Shown: positions 47,220-57,735, counted from the stretch's first letter. The stretch: 64,000 nucleotides of DNA from Candidatus Thermofontivivens primus (GCA_031458695.1 JAVKJW010000003.1:1-64000), one strand, 5' to 3'. The notes: generated by a model not told the origin, from the letters alone. Translations and numbers: made by a program.

Positions 47220-48182
47220 ATGGAGGTGTTCAAACCCAGACCTGCTGAGGAGTTCGAGTTCCAGGAGATCCTCTACGAAAAGCGAGATGGCATCGCCAGA
47301 GTAACCATCAACCGTCCTCATGCCTATAACGCATATACAACCAGGACCCTTTGGGAGATGTTCCAAGCATTCCAGGATGCAGCCTGGGACGACTCCATCA
47401 GCGTTCTTGTTCTTACAGGCGCTGGGGACAAGGCGTTTTGCACCGGCGGGGATGTGAAAGAATATGCAGCTGTGTACACACGCAAGCCCCGGGAGTACTG
47501 GAAGTACATGACCCTCTTCGCCATGACCCATGATATGCTGAGAAACCTGGGGAAGCCAGCCATCGCGCGGCTCAATGGCATCGTGGCCGGTGGAGGAAAC
47601 GAGTTCAACATGGCCTGCGATTTAGCTATTGCCGCTGAGCACGTGACCATCCGGCAAGTGGGCACGCGGGTTGGGAGCGTGGCCGCGGGTGGCGCAACCC
47701 AGTGGCTTCCCATCATGATTGGAGACAGGCGAGCGCGGGAGATGCTCTTCCTGTGTGAGCCCATCACCGCCCAGCAGGCGCTAGAATGGGGACTCGTGAA
47801 CCAGGTCGTCCCCTACACGGAGCTGGATGCGGCAGTGGAGGAGATGTGTCAAAAGATCATCCGGAAGTTTCCGGAGTGCACCCGCTATACCAAGCAACAG
47901 GTGAACTTCTGGAAGGACCTTGCTTGGCACGCCACCATTGGCCACGCCCGGGACTGGCTTTCCTTGCACTTCGCTTGCTGGGAGCCTCTCGAGGGGATGA
48001 CGGCGTTCGTGGAGAAGCGCGAACCGCGCTACCTGGAGATCCGCCAGCGCCTTGCAGAGGGACTCCCCACCGAGTTCCCCTGGGGAGGGTACGTCCGTAG
48101 CTGTCCTTCCTGTGGAGCCTCTTTTCTTCCTGAGGGGTTCCGCTATTGTGGGCAGTGCGGCGCTGTGCTCCCATCACCATGA
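47220..48182 (+). CDS. oah: 6-oxocyclohex-1-ene-1-carbonyl-CoA hydrolase (Oah/BamA/BzdY-like) with C-terminal Zn ribbon
   Basis: YNAYTT, AFCTGGDVKEYA..Y..KPREY..YMTLF crotonase pattern; CPSCG..YCGQCG tail. Confidence 0.82.
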   Translation: MEVFKPRPAEEFEFQEILYEKRDGIARVTINRPHAYNAYTTRTLWEMFQAFQDAAWDDSISVLVLTGAGDKAFCTGGDVKEYAAVYTRKPREYWKYMTLFAMTHDMLRNLGKPAIARLNGIVAGGGNEFNMACDLAIAAEHVTIRQVGTRVGSVAAGGATQWLPIMIGDRRAREMLFLCEPITAQQALEWGLVNQVVPYTELDAAVEEMCQKIIRKFPECTRYTKQQVNFWKDLAWHATIGHARDWLSLHFACWEPLEGMTAFVEKREPRYLEIRQRLAEGLPTEFPWGGYVRSCPSCGASFLPEGFRYCGQCGAVLPSP

Positions 48183-48203
48183 AACCTACAAGGGGGATGA
48201 GCG

Positions 48204-48971
48204 ATGGCCTACGAGTTTATCGAATTCCATGAGACAGACGAGGTTGCCCGCATCACCTTGAACCGGCCTCCCCTCAACATCCTCACCGCGGCGATGATGG
48301 AGGAGATCCACACTGCCCTTACCGTCGCTGCTTCTTCCCTGAAGAGGAGGGTAATCGTCTTCGACGCCGTGGGGAAGGCGTTCTCTGCTGGGGTAGATGT
48401 GGCCGAACACACGGCAGACAAGGTCGAGGCAATGCTGGAGGCGTTCCATAAGATCTTCCGCAGCCTTGCCGAGATCGAAGTGCCCACTCTCGCCATCGTT
48501 CACGGGCCGGCCCTGGGCGGGGGGTGCGAGCTCGCGATGATGTGCGACTTTGTGATCGCTGGTCGGTCAGCGACCTTTGGTCAACCAGAGATTAAAGTAG
48601 GCGTGTTTCCTCCCGTAGCTGCGGCGAGCCTGCCATATCTTGTAGGGATTCGGCAAGCCTTGCGGCTGATCTTGCTCGGGGGAACCATCGGTGCCGAGGA
48701 GGCAGCAAGGCTTGGCTTGATCACCCTGGTTGTCCCCGATGAGGCCTTGAAGGAGGAAGGGGAGAAGCTCATCGCCACCCTGGTAGGCTTGAGTGCTCCA
48801 GTGTTGCGTCTGGCTAAGAAGGCGACCTTAGGACCAGTCCGCCGCCTCTTCTCCCGCTCTCTGGAGGAAGTGGAAAGGCTTTACCTCCAGGACCTGATGA
48901 AGACCCGCGATGCCCATGAGGGCTTGGCAGCGTTCCTGGAGAAGCGGGTACCTGTCTGGCGCCACGAATAA
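48204..48971 (+). CDS. dch: Cyclohexa-1,5-diene-1-carbonyl-CoA hydratase
   Basis: RPPLNIL, FSAGVDVAEH, GGGCELA, GQPEIKVGVFPP. Confidence 0.85.
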   Translation: MAYEFIEFHETDEVARITLNRPPLNILTAAMMEEIHTALTVAASSLKRRVIVFDAVGKAFSAGVDVAEHTADKVEAMLEAFHKIFRSLAEIEVPTLAIVHGPALGGGCELAMMCDFVIAGRSATFGQPEIKVGVFPPVAAASLPYLVGIRQALRLILLGGTIGAEEAARLGLITLVVPDEALKEEGEKLIATLVGLSAPVLRLAKKATLGPVRRLFSRSLEEVERLYLQDLMKTRDAHEGLAAFLEKRVPVWRHE

Positions 48972-49149
48972 AACGTATTCCAAGAATCGGACTGTGCTGA
49001 GAATCCGGCGGATTGAGGAGGCGGCGAGGGTCTTCCCCAGAGTGGACATTGACAAGGCCAACCTCTAAACGACAGTGGCGGAGGCCGAGGAATTGGGAGC
49101 GAAGGGGAGACCCGAGCACATTCCATCCATTCACTCAAGGGAGGTGAGG

Positions 49150-50181
49150 GTGTTGAAGGCAGCGATTTTTGAGGAAGCAGGAAAGCCCCTCCGTGTGGAC
49201 GAGGTGCCGGTTCCCGCGTTGGGGCCTGGGGAAGTTCTTGTGCGAGTCGCCGCGTGCGGGATCTGCCACACGGATCTGCATTATATCGACCACGGCGTCC
49301 CCACCTTCAAGGCCCCCCCGCTCATTCTCGGCCACGAGGCCTCCGGGGTCGTGGAGGAGGTTGGGCCAGAGGTCGAGAAGATAGGACGAGGGGACCGCGT
49401 GCTCATCCCTGCCGTAGTGACCTGCGGCACCTGTGTATACTGTCGGAGCGGCCGGGAGAATATCTGCGAGCGGCAGGCTATGTTCGGGAACCATATCGAC
49501 GGAGCCTATGCGCAGTATGTGAAGGCTCCCGCCAAGGATCTCCTCCTTCTTCCTCCGGAGCTGCCCCTGGAGGAGGCCTGCATCATTGCCGACGCCATCT
49601 CCACGCCCTTCCATGCAGTGACGAACCGAGGGCAGGTGCGACCCGGCGATCAGGTTGTTGTCTTTGGGTGCGGGGGAATTGGCATCAACATCGTACAGAT
49701 CGCGGCCTCGCTGGGAGCAGTGGTCTATGCGGTGGATTTGCGGGAGGAGAAGCTCGAACTCGCCAGGAAGCTGGGAGCACACGAGACGATGAATCCGCAG
49801 GAAGTTCCCCAGGTCTCCAAGGTGATCAAGCAGCGCACCGGTGGCGGAGCAGATGTCGCATTTGAGGCTATTGGGAAGCCGGAGACGATCCTCCAGGCCT
49901 TCGATAGCCTCCGCAAGGGAGGTCGTCTCTGCATCGTCGGGTACAGCCATCTCCCCGCCGAGTTCAACGTAGCCAAGATAATGTTCTTTGAGATGGAGGT
50001 TGTAGGATCGCTGGGATGCCGTCCTGTGGACTACCCGCGGATCATTGAGATGGTGCGCCTGGGAAAGCTGCGCCTTGAGCCGTTGATCTCCCATCGCCTT
50101 CCCTTGGATGAGATCAACCACGGGCTTGATCTTGTGCGCCAGGGGATTGGCGTCCGCAACATCGTCCTCCCCCATGCGTAG
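49150..50181 (+). CDS. had: 6-hydroxycyclohex-1-ene-1-carbonyl-CoA dehydrogenase (Zn-ADH)
   Basis: CGICHTDLHY, LGHEASG, CGTCVYC..C, ADAISTP; GTG start after GGAGG. Confidence 0.85.
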   Translation: MLKAAIFEEAGKPLRVDEVPVPALGPGEVLVRVAACGICHTDLHYIDHGVPTFKAPPLILGHEASGVVEEVGPEVEKIGRGDRVLIPAVVTCGTCVYCRSGRENICERQAMFGNHIDGAYAQYVKAPAKDLLLLPPELPLEEACIIADAISTPFHAVTNRGQVRPGDQVVVFGCGGIGINIVQIAASLGAVVYAVDLREEKLELARKLGAHETMNPQEVPQVSKVIKQRTGGGADVAFEAIGKPETILQAFDSLRKGGRLCIVGYSHLPAEFNVAKIMFFEMEVVGSLGCRPVDYPRIIEMVRLGKLRLEPLISHRLPLDEINHGLDLVRQGIGVRNIVLPHA

Positions 50182-50213
50182 TTAACCCCCAGGCAACCCC
50201 TAGGGGGTTCGAC

Positions 50214-51320
50214 ATGCAAGATCCCTTGCCAGGATCTCTGATCCTTGTAGCGCATGCTGCAGGCGAGGTGAGATCCAGCCTCTCGAAGGCGTTTGAGGCC
50301 GAAGGGTGCCGTGTGCTGGCTGTGCAGGACGGGGCTGAGGCAGTGGAGCTGGCCCGACGGTATCACCCCCAGTTGGTTGTCCTTGACCTTGCACTTCCCC
50401 GTCTCAGCGGGTTGGAGGCTGCACGGATCCTGCGCGCGGAGATGCGGGTCCCTATCTTCCTCCTGGCCGATCCCGTAGATGATGCTCTCCGGTTCATCGC
50501 CCTGGCCGCCGGAGCGGACGACATCCTTCCCAAATCCACAGCAGCCGGTGTCCTGGTGGAGCGCGCCAGGGCAGTGCTGGGGAAGCGCTCTAGCCGGGAA
50601 GCAGGTCCCCTCCTCATGTGCGGCCCCCTGGCCATGGATCTCTCTCGTAGGGAAGTGACCCTGGAGGGGCGCCCCCTTTCCCTCACGCCTCTGGAGTTCA
50701 GACTCCTGCAAGTTTTCCTGGAGGCACCTGGCCACGTCTTTTCCCGTGACGAGCTGCTCACACGCCTCCATGACGTGACGGGGAGCACTCCCCTCGATAG
50801 GGCCATAGACAATCTCGTTGTTCGGTTGCGCCGGAAACTTAGGGACAACCCAAGACGCCCGCGGTTTATTGAGGCCGTGCGCGGAGTGGGTTACCGCCTC
50901 AGGGAGCGCGGGCAGGGCATGGTCCGCCATCACACCCTTTTCCAGGAGGCTTTTCAGTCCCTCCCCTTGCCCTTGGCCATCCTTGATGCCGAGCGCACCC
51001 TGATTTTGCTCAACCCTGCAGGGGAGCGCCTTATTGGGGTGAAGGCCCGGGAGGTTGTGGGGAGGGCCAAGTGCTTCGAGCTCCTGAGCTGCCATACGAA
51101 AAGAGGATGCCCGCTGCAGGAGGCGTGCTTGGGGATCCAGGCGATGCGTCAGTCCCTTCCTCACTTGGAGGCTTCCTACCTGGTCACCACAAAGGTACAT
51201 AAAGACCTTCCCGTCCTCGCCACGTACTGCTCCTTCCTCGCAGAGGGACACCCCCACTGCCTCATCGTCCTGAACCCCCGCTTACCCATTGGGACCTACT
51301 CCCGGAAAAGGATGCGGTGA
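50214..51320 (+). CDS. Atypical REC-OmpR wHTH-PAS regulator
   Basis: VVLDLALP; LTPLEFRLL..LRRKL..VRGVGY; C-terminal PAS with KCFELLSC..GCPLQEAC. Confidence 0.85.
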   Translation: MQDPLPGSLILVAHAAGEVRSSLSKAFEAEGCRVLAVQDGAEAVELARRYHPQLVVLDLALPRLSGLEAARILRAEMRVPIFLLADPVDDALRFIALAAGADDILPKSTAAGVLVERARAVLGKRSSREAGPLLMCGPLAMDLSRREVTLEGRPLSLTPLEFRLLQVFLEAPGHVFSRDELLTRLHDVTGSTPLDRAIDNLVVRLRRKLRDNPRRPRFIEAVRGVGYRLRERGQGMVRHHTLFQEAFQSLPLPLAILDAERTLILLNPAGERLIGVKAREVVGRAKCFELLSCHTKRGCPLQEACLGIQAMRQSLPHLEASYLVTTKVHKDLPVLATYCSFLAEGHPHCLIVLNPRLPIGTYSRKRMR

Positions 51321-51412
51321 GCAATGGTTTTCTTACAGAAATCATATCGTTTTGGCACATTTTTATGCTACACTTTTTTCGTAAATCGTGATAAATTCGT
51401 TACATATGCGCC

Positions 51413-52582
51413 ATGCGTGCAGGGGTTGAAACGGCGGAGGAGATCGTTGCCCGGTGCAGGGAGGTTGTGGAAGACCTCTCCTTCCAGACAGTGCGGGAGT
51501 GGAAGGCCCAGCACCCGAAGGCGCGGGTGGTGGGATGCTATCCCGTATACTCCCCAGTGGAACTCATCCACGCAGCGGGGATCTTGCCCGTGGGGATCTT
51601 TGGCGGCGGCAACCAGATCGAGATCGCCCACGCCGACGCCCGCTTCCAATCCTTCGTATGCTCTATCGTGAAGAGCACCCTGGAGCTTGGTCTCACGGGT
51701 AGGCTGGACTTCCTTGACGGGATCCTCTTCCACTCTATCTGTGACCCAGCGCGGAACTTGGCTTCGGTGTTCCAACGAAATTTCCCCTCGCTCCACGTAG
51801 ACTACATCCATTTCCCCCAGAACCTTGCCTCCCCACTCGCGGAAGTCTACCTTACGCAGGAGTATCGGAGGGTCCTCCGGGGGCTGGAGAAAATTGGTGG
51901 GCAGCCAGTCACCGAGGAGGCGCTCGTCCAAGCGATCTCTACAATGAACCGCTGGCGGAGCCTAGTGCGCGAACTCTATACTCTGCGCGCGCTTCAACCC
52001 CACCTCCTCCCTGCTGCGGAGCTGTACCCCGTGATCCGTGCGGGAACCGTCCTCCCCGTACAAGAACATATCCGGCTTTTGGAGATTTTCCTCGAAGGGG
52101 TGCGCAGGCGCGAGGGCAAGCCCAAAGATCGTATCCGCGTGCTCGTGGAGGGGTCGTTCTGCGAGCAGCCACCCATCGATCTTATCGCCTGTCTCGAGGA
52201 GGCAGGGTGCTACGTCCTCGACGACGACTTCCTTCTAGGGTGGCGGTGGTTCCTCGAAGACGTCCCTATCGATGGAGATCCGGTGCAGGCGCTTGCTAGG
52301 GCCTACATCCACCGCAGCGTCTATTCCCCGACCAAGCACGACCTAAGGCGTCGAAAGTCTGACCACCTTCTGGAGAAGGTACGTACCCTCGGCGCGGATG
52401 CAGTCGTCGTCCTCATCCCGAAGTTCTGCGAACCTGCCCTCTTCGACTATCCCTTGTACCGCCGGGCCCTGGAGGAAGCGCGAGTCCCGCATCTGTTCGT
52501 GGAGTACGAGGAGAAGATGTGGATCTTCGACCGGGTACGCACGGAGGTCGAGACGTTTGTGGAATCCCTGCTGTTCGATTGA
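51413..52582 (+). CDS. bzdN: Class I benzoyl-CoA reductase subunit (BzdN/BcrC-like)
   Basis: PVYSPVELIHAAG, QSFVCSI, SICDPARNL, FCEQPP, KFCEPALFD. Confidence 0.87.
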   Translation: MRAGVETAEEIVARCREVVEDLSFQTVREWKAQHPKARVVGCYPVYSPVELIHAAGILPVGIFGGGNQIEIAHADARFQSFVCSIVKSTLELGLTGRLDFLDGILFHSICDPARNLASVFQRNFPSLHVDYIHFPQNLASPLAEVYLTQEYRRVLRGLEKIGGQPVTEEALVQAISTMNRWRSLVRELYTLRALQPHLLPAAELYPVIRAGTVLPVQEHIRLLEIFLEGVRRREGKPKDRIRVLVEGSFCEQPPIDLIACLEEAGCYVLDDDFLLGWRWFLEDVPIDGDPVQALARAYIHRSVYSPTKHDLRRRKSDHLLEKVRTLGADAVVVLIPKFCEPALFDYPLYRRALEEARVPHLFVEYEEKMWIFDRVRTEVETFVESLLFD

Positions 52583-52594
52583 GGAGGCTCAATC

Positions 52595-53923
52595 ATGGCA
52601 CAGCAAGCGATGGGTTCGCGCTATCAAGGGCGTATTCACCTGCTCCAGAAGGAGCTGATGGGCCAGTACTTCCAGGAGCTCACCCAGGCGGCCGAGAATG
52701 GAGGCCCTCCCGCTGCCTACATGCTCATCAGCGGGAACCCTGTAGAGCTTGTCAGGGCGTTTGGCATGCTTCCTGTCTATCCAGAGGTCAATGCACTGCA
52801 GCTTGCGGTGAAGAAGGAATCCCTCCCCTATATTCTCCTGGCGGAGCAGATGGGCTACTCGGTGGACAATTGCGCCTACGTGAAGGCAGACATTGGTCTC
52901 TTCTTCAACGGGCTACGGGCGCCGTTTGCGACATTCCCCAAACCTACACTCATTCTATGCAATTATGTCGGGTGCAACGTCTACCTCAACTGGTTTGAGC
53001 ACTTGGCCGAGTACACCGGCGCTACGATCTTCCCCCTTGATATCCCCTTCATCCGCGACCCTGCGCAGGGCCCGAGTGAAGAGGATGTGGCCTACGTAGT
53101 GGGGCAGCTTGAGGAGCTCATCGCCGTGTGCGAGCGCCTCACCGGGAGGCCCTTGGACTGGGAGCGGCTGAAGGAGGTGGTACGTCTTTCCCAGCAGACG
53201 GGACAGCTCTGGGCGGAGATCAAGCACCTCACGAAGAATAAGCCTTGTCCGTTAGACGCCTACTTTGATGCCGTGACCCTCATGGGTCCGCTTTACTGCC
53301 TGCGGGGGACGGAGGAGGGCCTTGCTTTCTTTGAGGAGGCCTATCGGGAGGTGGAGGAACGTGTCCGACACAACATTGGCCCAATCCCGGAGGAGCGGTT
53401 CCGGATCGTGGTGGAGGGCCCCCCGCCATGGCCCTATCTCCGGACCTTCCGGGATCTGTTCGCTCGGTGGGGTGCGGTTGCCGTGGCTTCCACTTACTCT
53501 ACCGTGGGAGGGATGTGGGAGTTCGGTTTCGCGCATGATCCGGAAAAGCCTCTCGAGAGCATCGCGATGCATATGCTCTACTGGAATCTCACCAACCGCA
53601 GCCTCCTGCTGCGATACCAGCAGATCCGTCGCTACATCGAGGAGTGGGAAGCCGACGCGCTGGTGATCCATTCGGTGAAGAGTTGCCGGCTGTTCAGCGC
53701 CGGGCAGGGGGACATGCGGGAGTACTTCACCAAAGAATTGGGGGTGCCCACGTTGCTGCTGGAGTCGGACCTGGAGGACCCCCGCTACTTCTCCGAGGCG
53801 CAGATGCGCAACCGCATCGATGCGTTCTTTGAGTCGCTCGAGCATAGGAAGATCCGTGGGCATCCCGTCGAGGCGGCTGTGCAACACAGCAACTTCAGTC
53901 CAGGGGAGGGGGAGGCAAGGTGA
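52595..53923 (+). CDS. bzdO: Class I benzoyl-CoA reductase subunit (BzdO/BcrB-like)
   Basis: [41 protein letters not shown]. Confidence 0.87.
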   Translation: MAQQAMGSRYQGRIHLLQKELMGQYFQELTQAAENGGPPAAYMLISGNPVELVRAFGMLPVYPEVNALQLAVKKESLPYILLAEQMGYSVDNCAYVKADIGLFFNGLRAPFATFPKPTLILCNYVGCNVYLNWFEHLAEYTGATIFPLDIPFIRDPAQGPSEEDVAYVVGQLEELIAVCERLTGRPLDWERLKEVVRLSQQTGQLWAEIKHLTKNKPCPLDAYFDAVTLMGPLYCLRGTEEGLAFFEEAYREVEERVRHNIGPIPEERFRIVVEGPPPWPYLRTFRDLFARWGAVAVASTYSTVGGMWEFGFAHDPEKPLESIAMHMLYWNLTNRSLLLRYQQIRRYIEEWEADALVIHSVKSCRLFSAGQGDMREYFTKELGVPTLLLESDLEDPRYFSEAQMRNRIDAFFESLEHRKIRGHPVEAAVQHSNFSPGEGEAR

Positions 53924-54720
53924 TCTACGCAGCAGGCGTGGATGTTGGGTCCACCCAGACCAAGGCGGTCATCATGGATGGGTCGCGGCGGATTCGCGCC
54001 CGGGCCCTGGTGGATACAGGTGCCAACGTCGCACGCGCTGCGGAGCGAGCGTTTGAGGCTGTCCTTCAGGAAGCGGGGCTGCGCCGGGAGGACATTGCAT
54101 TCGTCGTAGGGACGGGCTACGGCCGGTTCAAGGTCACTTTTGGGGATGCTCAGATCACCGAGATCAGCTGCCACGCGAGGGGTGCATCGTTTGTCTTCCC
54201 CGGGACACGGACGGTCATCGACATGGGCGGCCAGGATGCCAAAGGGATCCGGGTTGCCCCCGGCGGGGAAGTCGTCGATTTTGTGATGAATGACAAGTGT
54301 GCTGCAGGGACTGGGAGGTTCCTGGCTAACGCCGCCGAGGTGCTGGGGCTCCCCCTCGATGCTATCGGAGAAATCTCCCTTGCAGGGAAAAACCCCGTGC
54401 GTCTGTCGACGGTGTGCACAGTATTCGTAGAATCCGACATCCTGGCCTACCTTGGCCAGGGGAAACGTGTAGAGGACATCCTCGCCGGTGTCCACAAGGC
54501 CATCGCTGCGAGAACGGTTTCCCTGGTGCGGCGTGTAGGTATCGAACCCGAGGTTACCTTTACTGGAGGGGTGAGCAGGAACATCGGGATGGTGCGCGCC
54601 CTTGAAGAGAAACTGGGGCTCCACCTCAACGTCAGCCCAGACTCCCACTATATGGGAGCTATCGGCGCCGCCTTGTTCGCCCTTGAGCGTGCAGAGAGCG
54701 GAGTGCTCAGCCGGAGGTGA
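53920..54720 (+). CDS. bzdQ: BCR ATP-binding activator subunit (BzdQ/BcrA-like)
   Basis: [42 protein letters not shown]. Confidence 0.82.
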   Translation: MIYAAGVDVGSTQTKAVIMDGSRRIRARALVDTGANVARAAERAFEAVLQEAGLRREDIAFVVGTGYGRFKVTFGDAQITEISCHARGASFVFPGTRTVIDMGGQDAKGIRVAPGGEVVDFVMNDKCAAGTGRFLANAAEVLGLPLDAIGEISLAGKNPVRLSTVCTVFVESDILAYLGQGKRVEDILAGVHKAIAARTVSLVRRVGIEPEVTFTGGVSRNIGMVRALEEKLGLHLNVSPDSHYMGAIGAALFALERAESGVLSRR

Positions 54721-54724
54721 AGCC

Positions 54725-55525
54725 ATGGTTATCGCGGGCATCGATGTAGGATCCCGGTATACCAAGGCGGTGCTCCTCGATGGCGAGGGGAGGATCGTTG
54801 GATCCTCGATCGTGCGTACCCGTGCCGATATCCCAGAGGTGGCCCAGGAGGCGTTAGACTTGGCGCTGCGGAACGCAGAGTTGGAGAGAGAGGAGGTCCG
54901 CTATATCGCTGCTACCGGCTTCGGGCGGTACAACGTTCCCTTCCGGGATGTACAGGTGACGGAGATTACGAGCGGGGCAAAGGGGGCGGTGGCGCTCTTT
55001 CCTCATACTGCGTGCGTCTTGGACATCGGGTTCCAGAGCACCCGGGCTGTGCGCGTCGAGGGGGGGAAGGTCAAGGAGTTTGCGTCCAACGACAAGTGCG
55101 CCGCGGGTGCTGGGGGATTCCTGGAGCGAGCGGCCCGCTACCTGGAGGTTCCCCTCTCCGAAATCGGTTCCCTCTCCCTCCGTGCACAGACGCCCAAGAC
55201 CATTAGCAGCATCTGCGCTGTCCTGGCGGAGACCGAGATCATCAACCACCTCACCGCTGGGGTGACCGTAGAGGACATTGTGGGGGGAATTCACCAATCG
55301 CTGGCCGCGCGGGCCCTGGCCCTTCTCAAGCGTGTCGGACTTCAGGATGAGATCACTTTCATCGGAGGACTAGGGCTACAGGAGGGAATGGTGCGGGCTT
55401 TGGAGGAGACCCTGGGAAGGAAGGTGAATGTGCCCGAGCAACCCCAACTGGTCTGCGCCCTGGGTGCAGCGGTTCTGGCTCGCCAGCGCCTGGCGCGCCT
55501 GATGGCAGTAGAGCGAAGAAGGTAG
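54725..55525 (+). CDS. bzdP: BCR ATP-binding activator subunit (BzdP/BcrD-like)
   Basis: GIDVGSR, DIGFQSTRAV, NDKCAAGAG, ICAVLAE. Confidence 0.8.
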   Translation: MVIAGIDVGSRYTKAVLLDGEGRIVGSSIVRTRADIPEVAQEALDLALRNAELEREEVRYIAATGFGRYNVPFRDVQVTEITSGAKGAVALFPHTACVLDIGFQSTRAVRVEGGKVKEFASNDKCAAGAGGFLERAARYLEVPLSEIGSLSLRAQTPKTISSICAVLAETEIINHLTAGVTVEDIVGGIHQSLAARALALLKRVGLQDEITFIGGLGLQEGMVRALEETLGRKVNVPEQPQLVCALGAAVLARQRLARLMAVERRR

Positions 55526-55574
55526 GCATGCGGGCCCCGCCTGAAGACGATGAAGCGGGGCGAGGGGGTGGGGG

Positions 55575-56240
55575 ATGGCCATGGCAGTGAAGCAAGAGAG
55601 CCTGCTAAAGGGGATCCTGGACGTTGTGGCCAGGACAAGGGATGGCGTCTTCGCAGTAGATGAGGCCCACCGGATCGTTCTCTGGAACGCTGCGGCCGAG
55701 GAGATCCTGGGCTACTCATCTGGCGACGTGCTTGGCCGGCCTTGTTATGAGGTGACGAAAGGTCGGGATCGCAACGGGAATCTCCTGTGTTACCCGGGTT
55801 GCCCCATTGCCTTCATGGCTCGCCGGGAGGAGTTCATCCGGAGCTACGACATGATTGCACGCTGCAGTTCGGGGGAGGACCGCTGGATTAACGTCAGTAC
55901 CATTGTTCTCCCGAGGGACAGTGGCCTGAACTGCTTCATTGTTCACCTCTTCCGGGACATCAGCGAGGAAAGGGCGCTCCGCAGGCTCGTGGAGCAGTTC
56001 TCCATCTCCGGGATCGTCCCCGCTGGGGGCCGTTCGCCGCTCGCTTCCCTGACGGCCCGAGAGAAGGAAGTCCTCCTGCTTGTGGCCCAAGGTGCTAGGA
56101 CGCGGGAGATCGCAGCGAAGCTGTACCTCTCCCCGCTCACTGTGCGCAACCATATCCATCGTATTCTTCAAAAGCTCGGTGCCCGGTGCCGCACAGAGGC
56201 GGTTGCTCTGGCAGTGCGGTACGGCCTGAAGGTCCCCTGA
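55575..56240 (+). CDS. PAS-LuxR one-component regulator
   Basis: WNAAAEEILGY..RPCYEV..LCYPGCP; LTAREKEVL..TVRNHIHRILQKL. Confidence 0.92.
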   Translation: MAMAVKQESLLKGILDVVARTRDGVFAVDEAHRIVLWNAAAEEILGYSSGDVLGRPCYEVTKGRDRNGNLLCYPGCPIAFMARREEFIRSYDMIARCSSGEDRWINVSTIVLPRDSGLNCFIVHLFRDISEERALRRLVEQFSISGIVPAGGRSPLASLTAREKEVLLLVAQGARTREIAAKLYLSPLTVRNHIHRILQKLGARCRTEAVALAVRYGLKVP

Positions 56241-56362
56241 GTTCCCGACATCCAAGTGCCCCAGCAAATCTGGCTAAGAGATTTTGTTGGCGCCACTTCA
56301 AGCGGATGTCTCGGGAGGTTTGCCTTTCCAGCAGACCGTTTGGTTTTCCCCTTAATGGTCTT

Positions 56363-56415
56363 CCAAAATAGTACATTCGCACCACAAAAATTGGGAGAGG
56401 ATGTTCATTTGTTCT
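56363..56415. promoter_or_regulatory. Shared operator-like motif upstream of the ABC importer
   Basis: CCAAAATAGTACATTCGCACCACAAAAATTGGGA, similar to 62631-62663; partial second copy TCATTTGTTCTAGGA follows. Confidence 0.65.
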
Positions 56416-56453
56416 AGGAGCCACATTGGATACAATAAATAGAGTACACGGGG

Positions 56454-57686
56454 GTGAGCGATGTGAGGAAAAGCCAGATACTTATGGTGTTCCTCGTGGG
56501 GTTCATTTTCTCCACGACGGTAGTGCAGGCTCAAATGCCCCGGCTTGTCCTGGATATCAAGGTCGGCATCGTGGATACTTACAGCGGACCCCCAGCTGTC
56601 TTCAGCAACGACGCGCTCAATGGCTTCAAACTTGCCCTCAGCGACATCAACAAGGCGGGGGGTGTGTTGGGTTCCCGTATCACTTTCGTCACCCGGGACG
56701 AGAAGTTTTCACCCGAGACCGGGCTGAGCATGGCGCGGGAGCTGGTCCTCCAGGAGAAGGTCGACCTCCTCGTGGGCACTATCAACAGCGCGACCGCACT
56801 GGCCATCTCCGCCTATGCCCGGGAGCAGAAGATACCCTTCATCGTATGGATCGCGAAGAGTGAAGTGATCACAGGTGCAAAGGGCCACCGCTACGTCTTC
56901 TCCACAGGGGAGAATACGGCGATGGCGGGGAAGGCGCTCGCTCAGTTTGCGGCCAGCCGGCCTTACCGCAGGTGGTGGATCGCTGGCGAGGACTACGAGT
57001 ACGGCCATGCAATTGCCGACGCATTCTGGCGGTATATGAAACAATTGAAACCGGAGGTGACGCTAGCGGGGCAGACATGGTGGAAGACGGGCGAACCTGA
57101 CCTGATCCCGTACCTAACGGCGATCCTGTCCGCCCGCCCTGATGCGGTCTTCTTTGGGACAGGTGGTGCTGGGATGGCGAACGTCCTGAAGACCATGCGT
57201 GCCATTGGGTTTGCCGAGCGGGTCCCAACTGCGATCCACACTGCCATCGACTATACTGCTCTGAAGCCCCTTGGTCTGAATGCCCCAGAAGGGGTGATGG
57301 GCACTACTGACTACCTCTTCTACTACCCGGAGACCTCTGACAACCAGTCCTTTGTCCGCGCCTTCCAGTCAGCCTATGGAACCCCGCCGGGGTTCCCGGC
57401 CTTTCATGGATACATTACTGCTTACTTCATCGCTGAAGCCTTCCGCAGGGCGGGATCCCTCGACCGCGAACGGTTCATTCACGCCCTCGAGGGCTTGAGA
57501 GTCCGGACTCCGGTGGGCATGGTGGAGATGCGCGCCTGCGACCACCAGGCCGTGTTGCCCATGTTTGCGGGCGTAACTCAGAAGAGTCCCAAGTTCGATT
57601 TTCTTGTAGCCTCGAATATCGTCACCTTCCGTGGGCCCCAGGTGATGCCGACGTGCGCGGAGATCCAGCACGCTCGGGGGCAGTAA
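56454..57686 (+). CDS. ABC transporter substrate-binding protein (LivK-like, probably aromatic acids)
   Basis: Signal peptide; INKAGGVLG, GTINSA, DYEYGH, MRACDHQA. Confidence 0.92.
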   Translation: MSDVRKSQILMVFLVGFIFSTTVVQAQMPRLVLDIKVGIVDTYSGPPAVFSNDALNGFKLALSDINKAGGVLGSRITFVTRDEKFSPETGLSMARELVLQEKVDLLVGTINSATALAISAYAREQKIPFIVWIAKSEVITGAKGHRYVFSTGENTAMAGKALAQFAASRPYRRWWIAGEDYEYGHAIADAFWRYMKQLKPEVTLAGQTWWKTGEPDLIPYLTAILSARPDAVFFGTGGAGMANVLKTMRAIGFAERVPTAIHTAIDYTALKPLGLNAPEGVMGTTDYLFYYPETSDNQSFVRAFQSAYGTPPGFPAFHGYITAYFIAEAFRRAGSLDRERFIHALEGLRVRTPVGMVEMRACDHQAVLPMFAGVTQKSPKFDFLVASNIVTFRGPQVMPTCAEIQHARGQ

Positions 57687-57735
57687 CGACGGTGAACGGG
57701 GCTACGCACGTCGCTAGCCGTTGAGGGGCGGAAGC

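Noticed and set aside
43872..51257. Long antisense ORFs (for example 43872-44933, 49135-50175, 50031-51257; also 11220-12209, 16995-18089, 27396-28466)
   Set aside because: Shadow ORFs of GC-rich genes on the opposite strand, with no motifs.
51353..51368. TGGCAC..TGC resembling a sigma54 -24/-12 promoter before bzdN
   Set aside because: GG to GC spacing is 11 nt, not the required 10, and there is no bEBP activator in the cluster.
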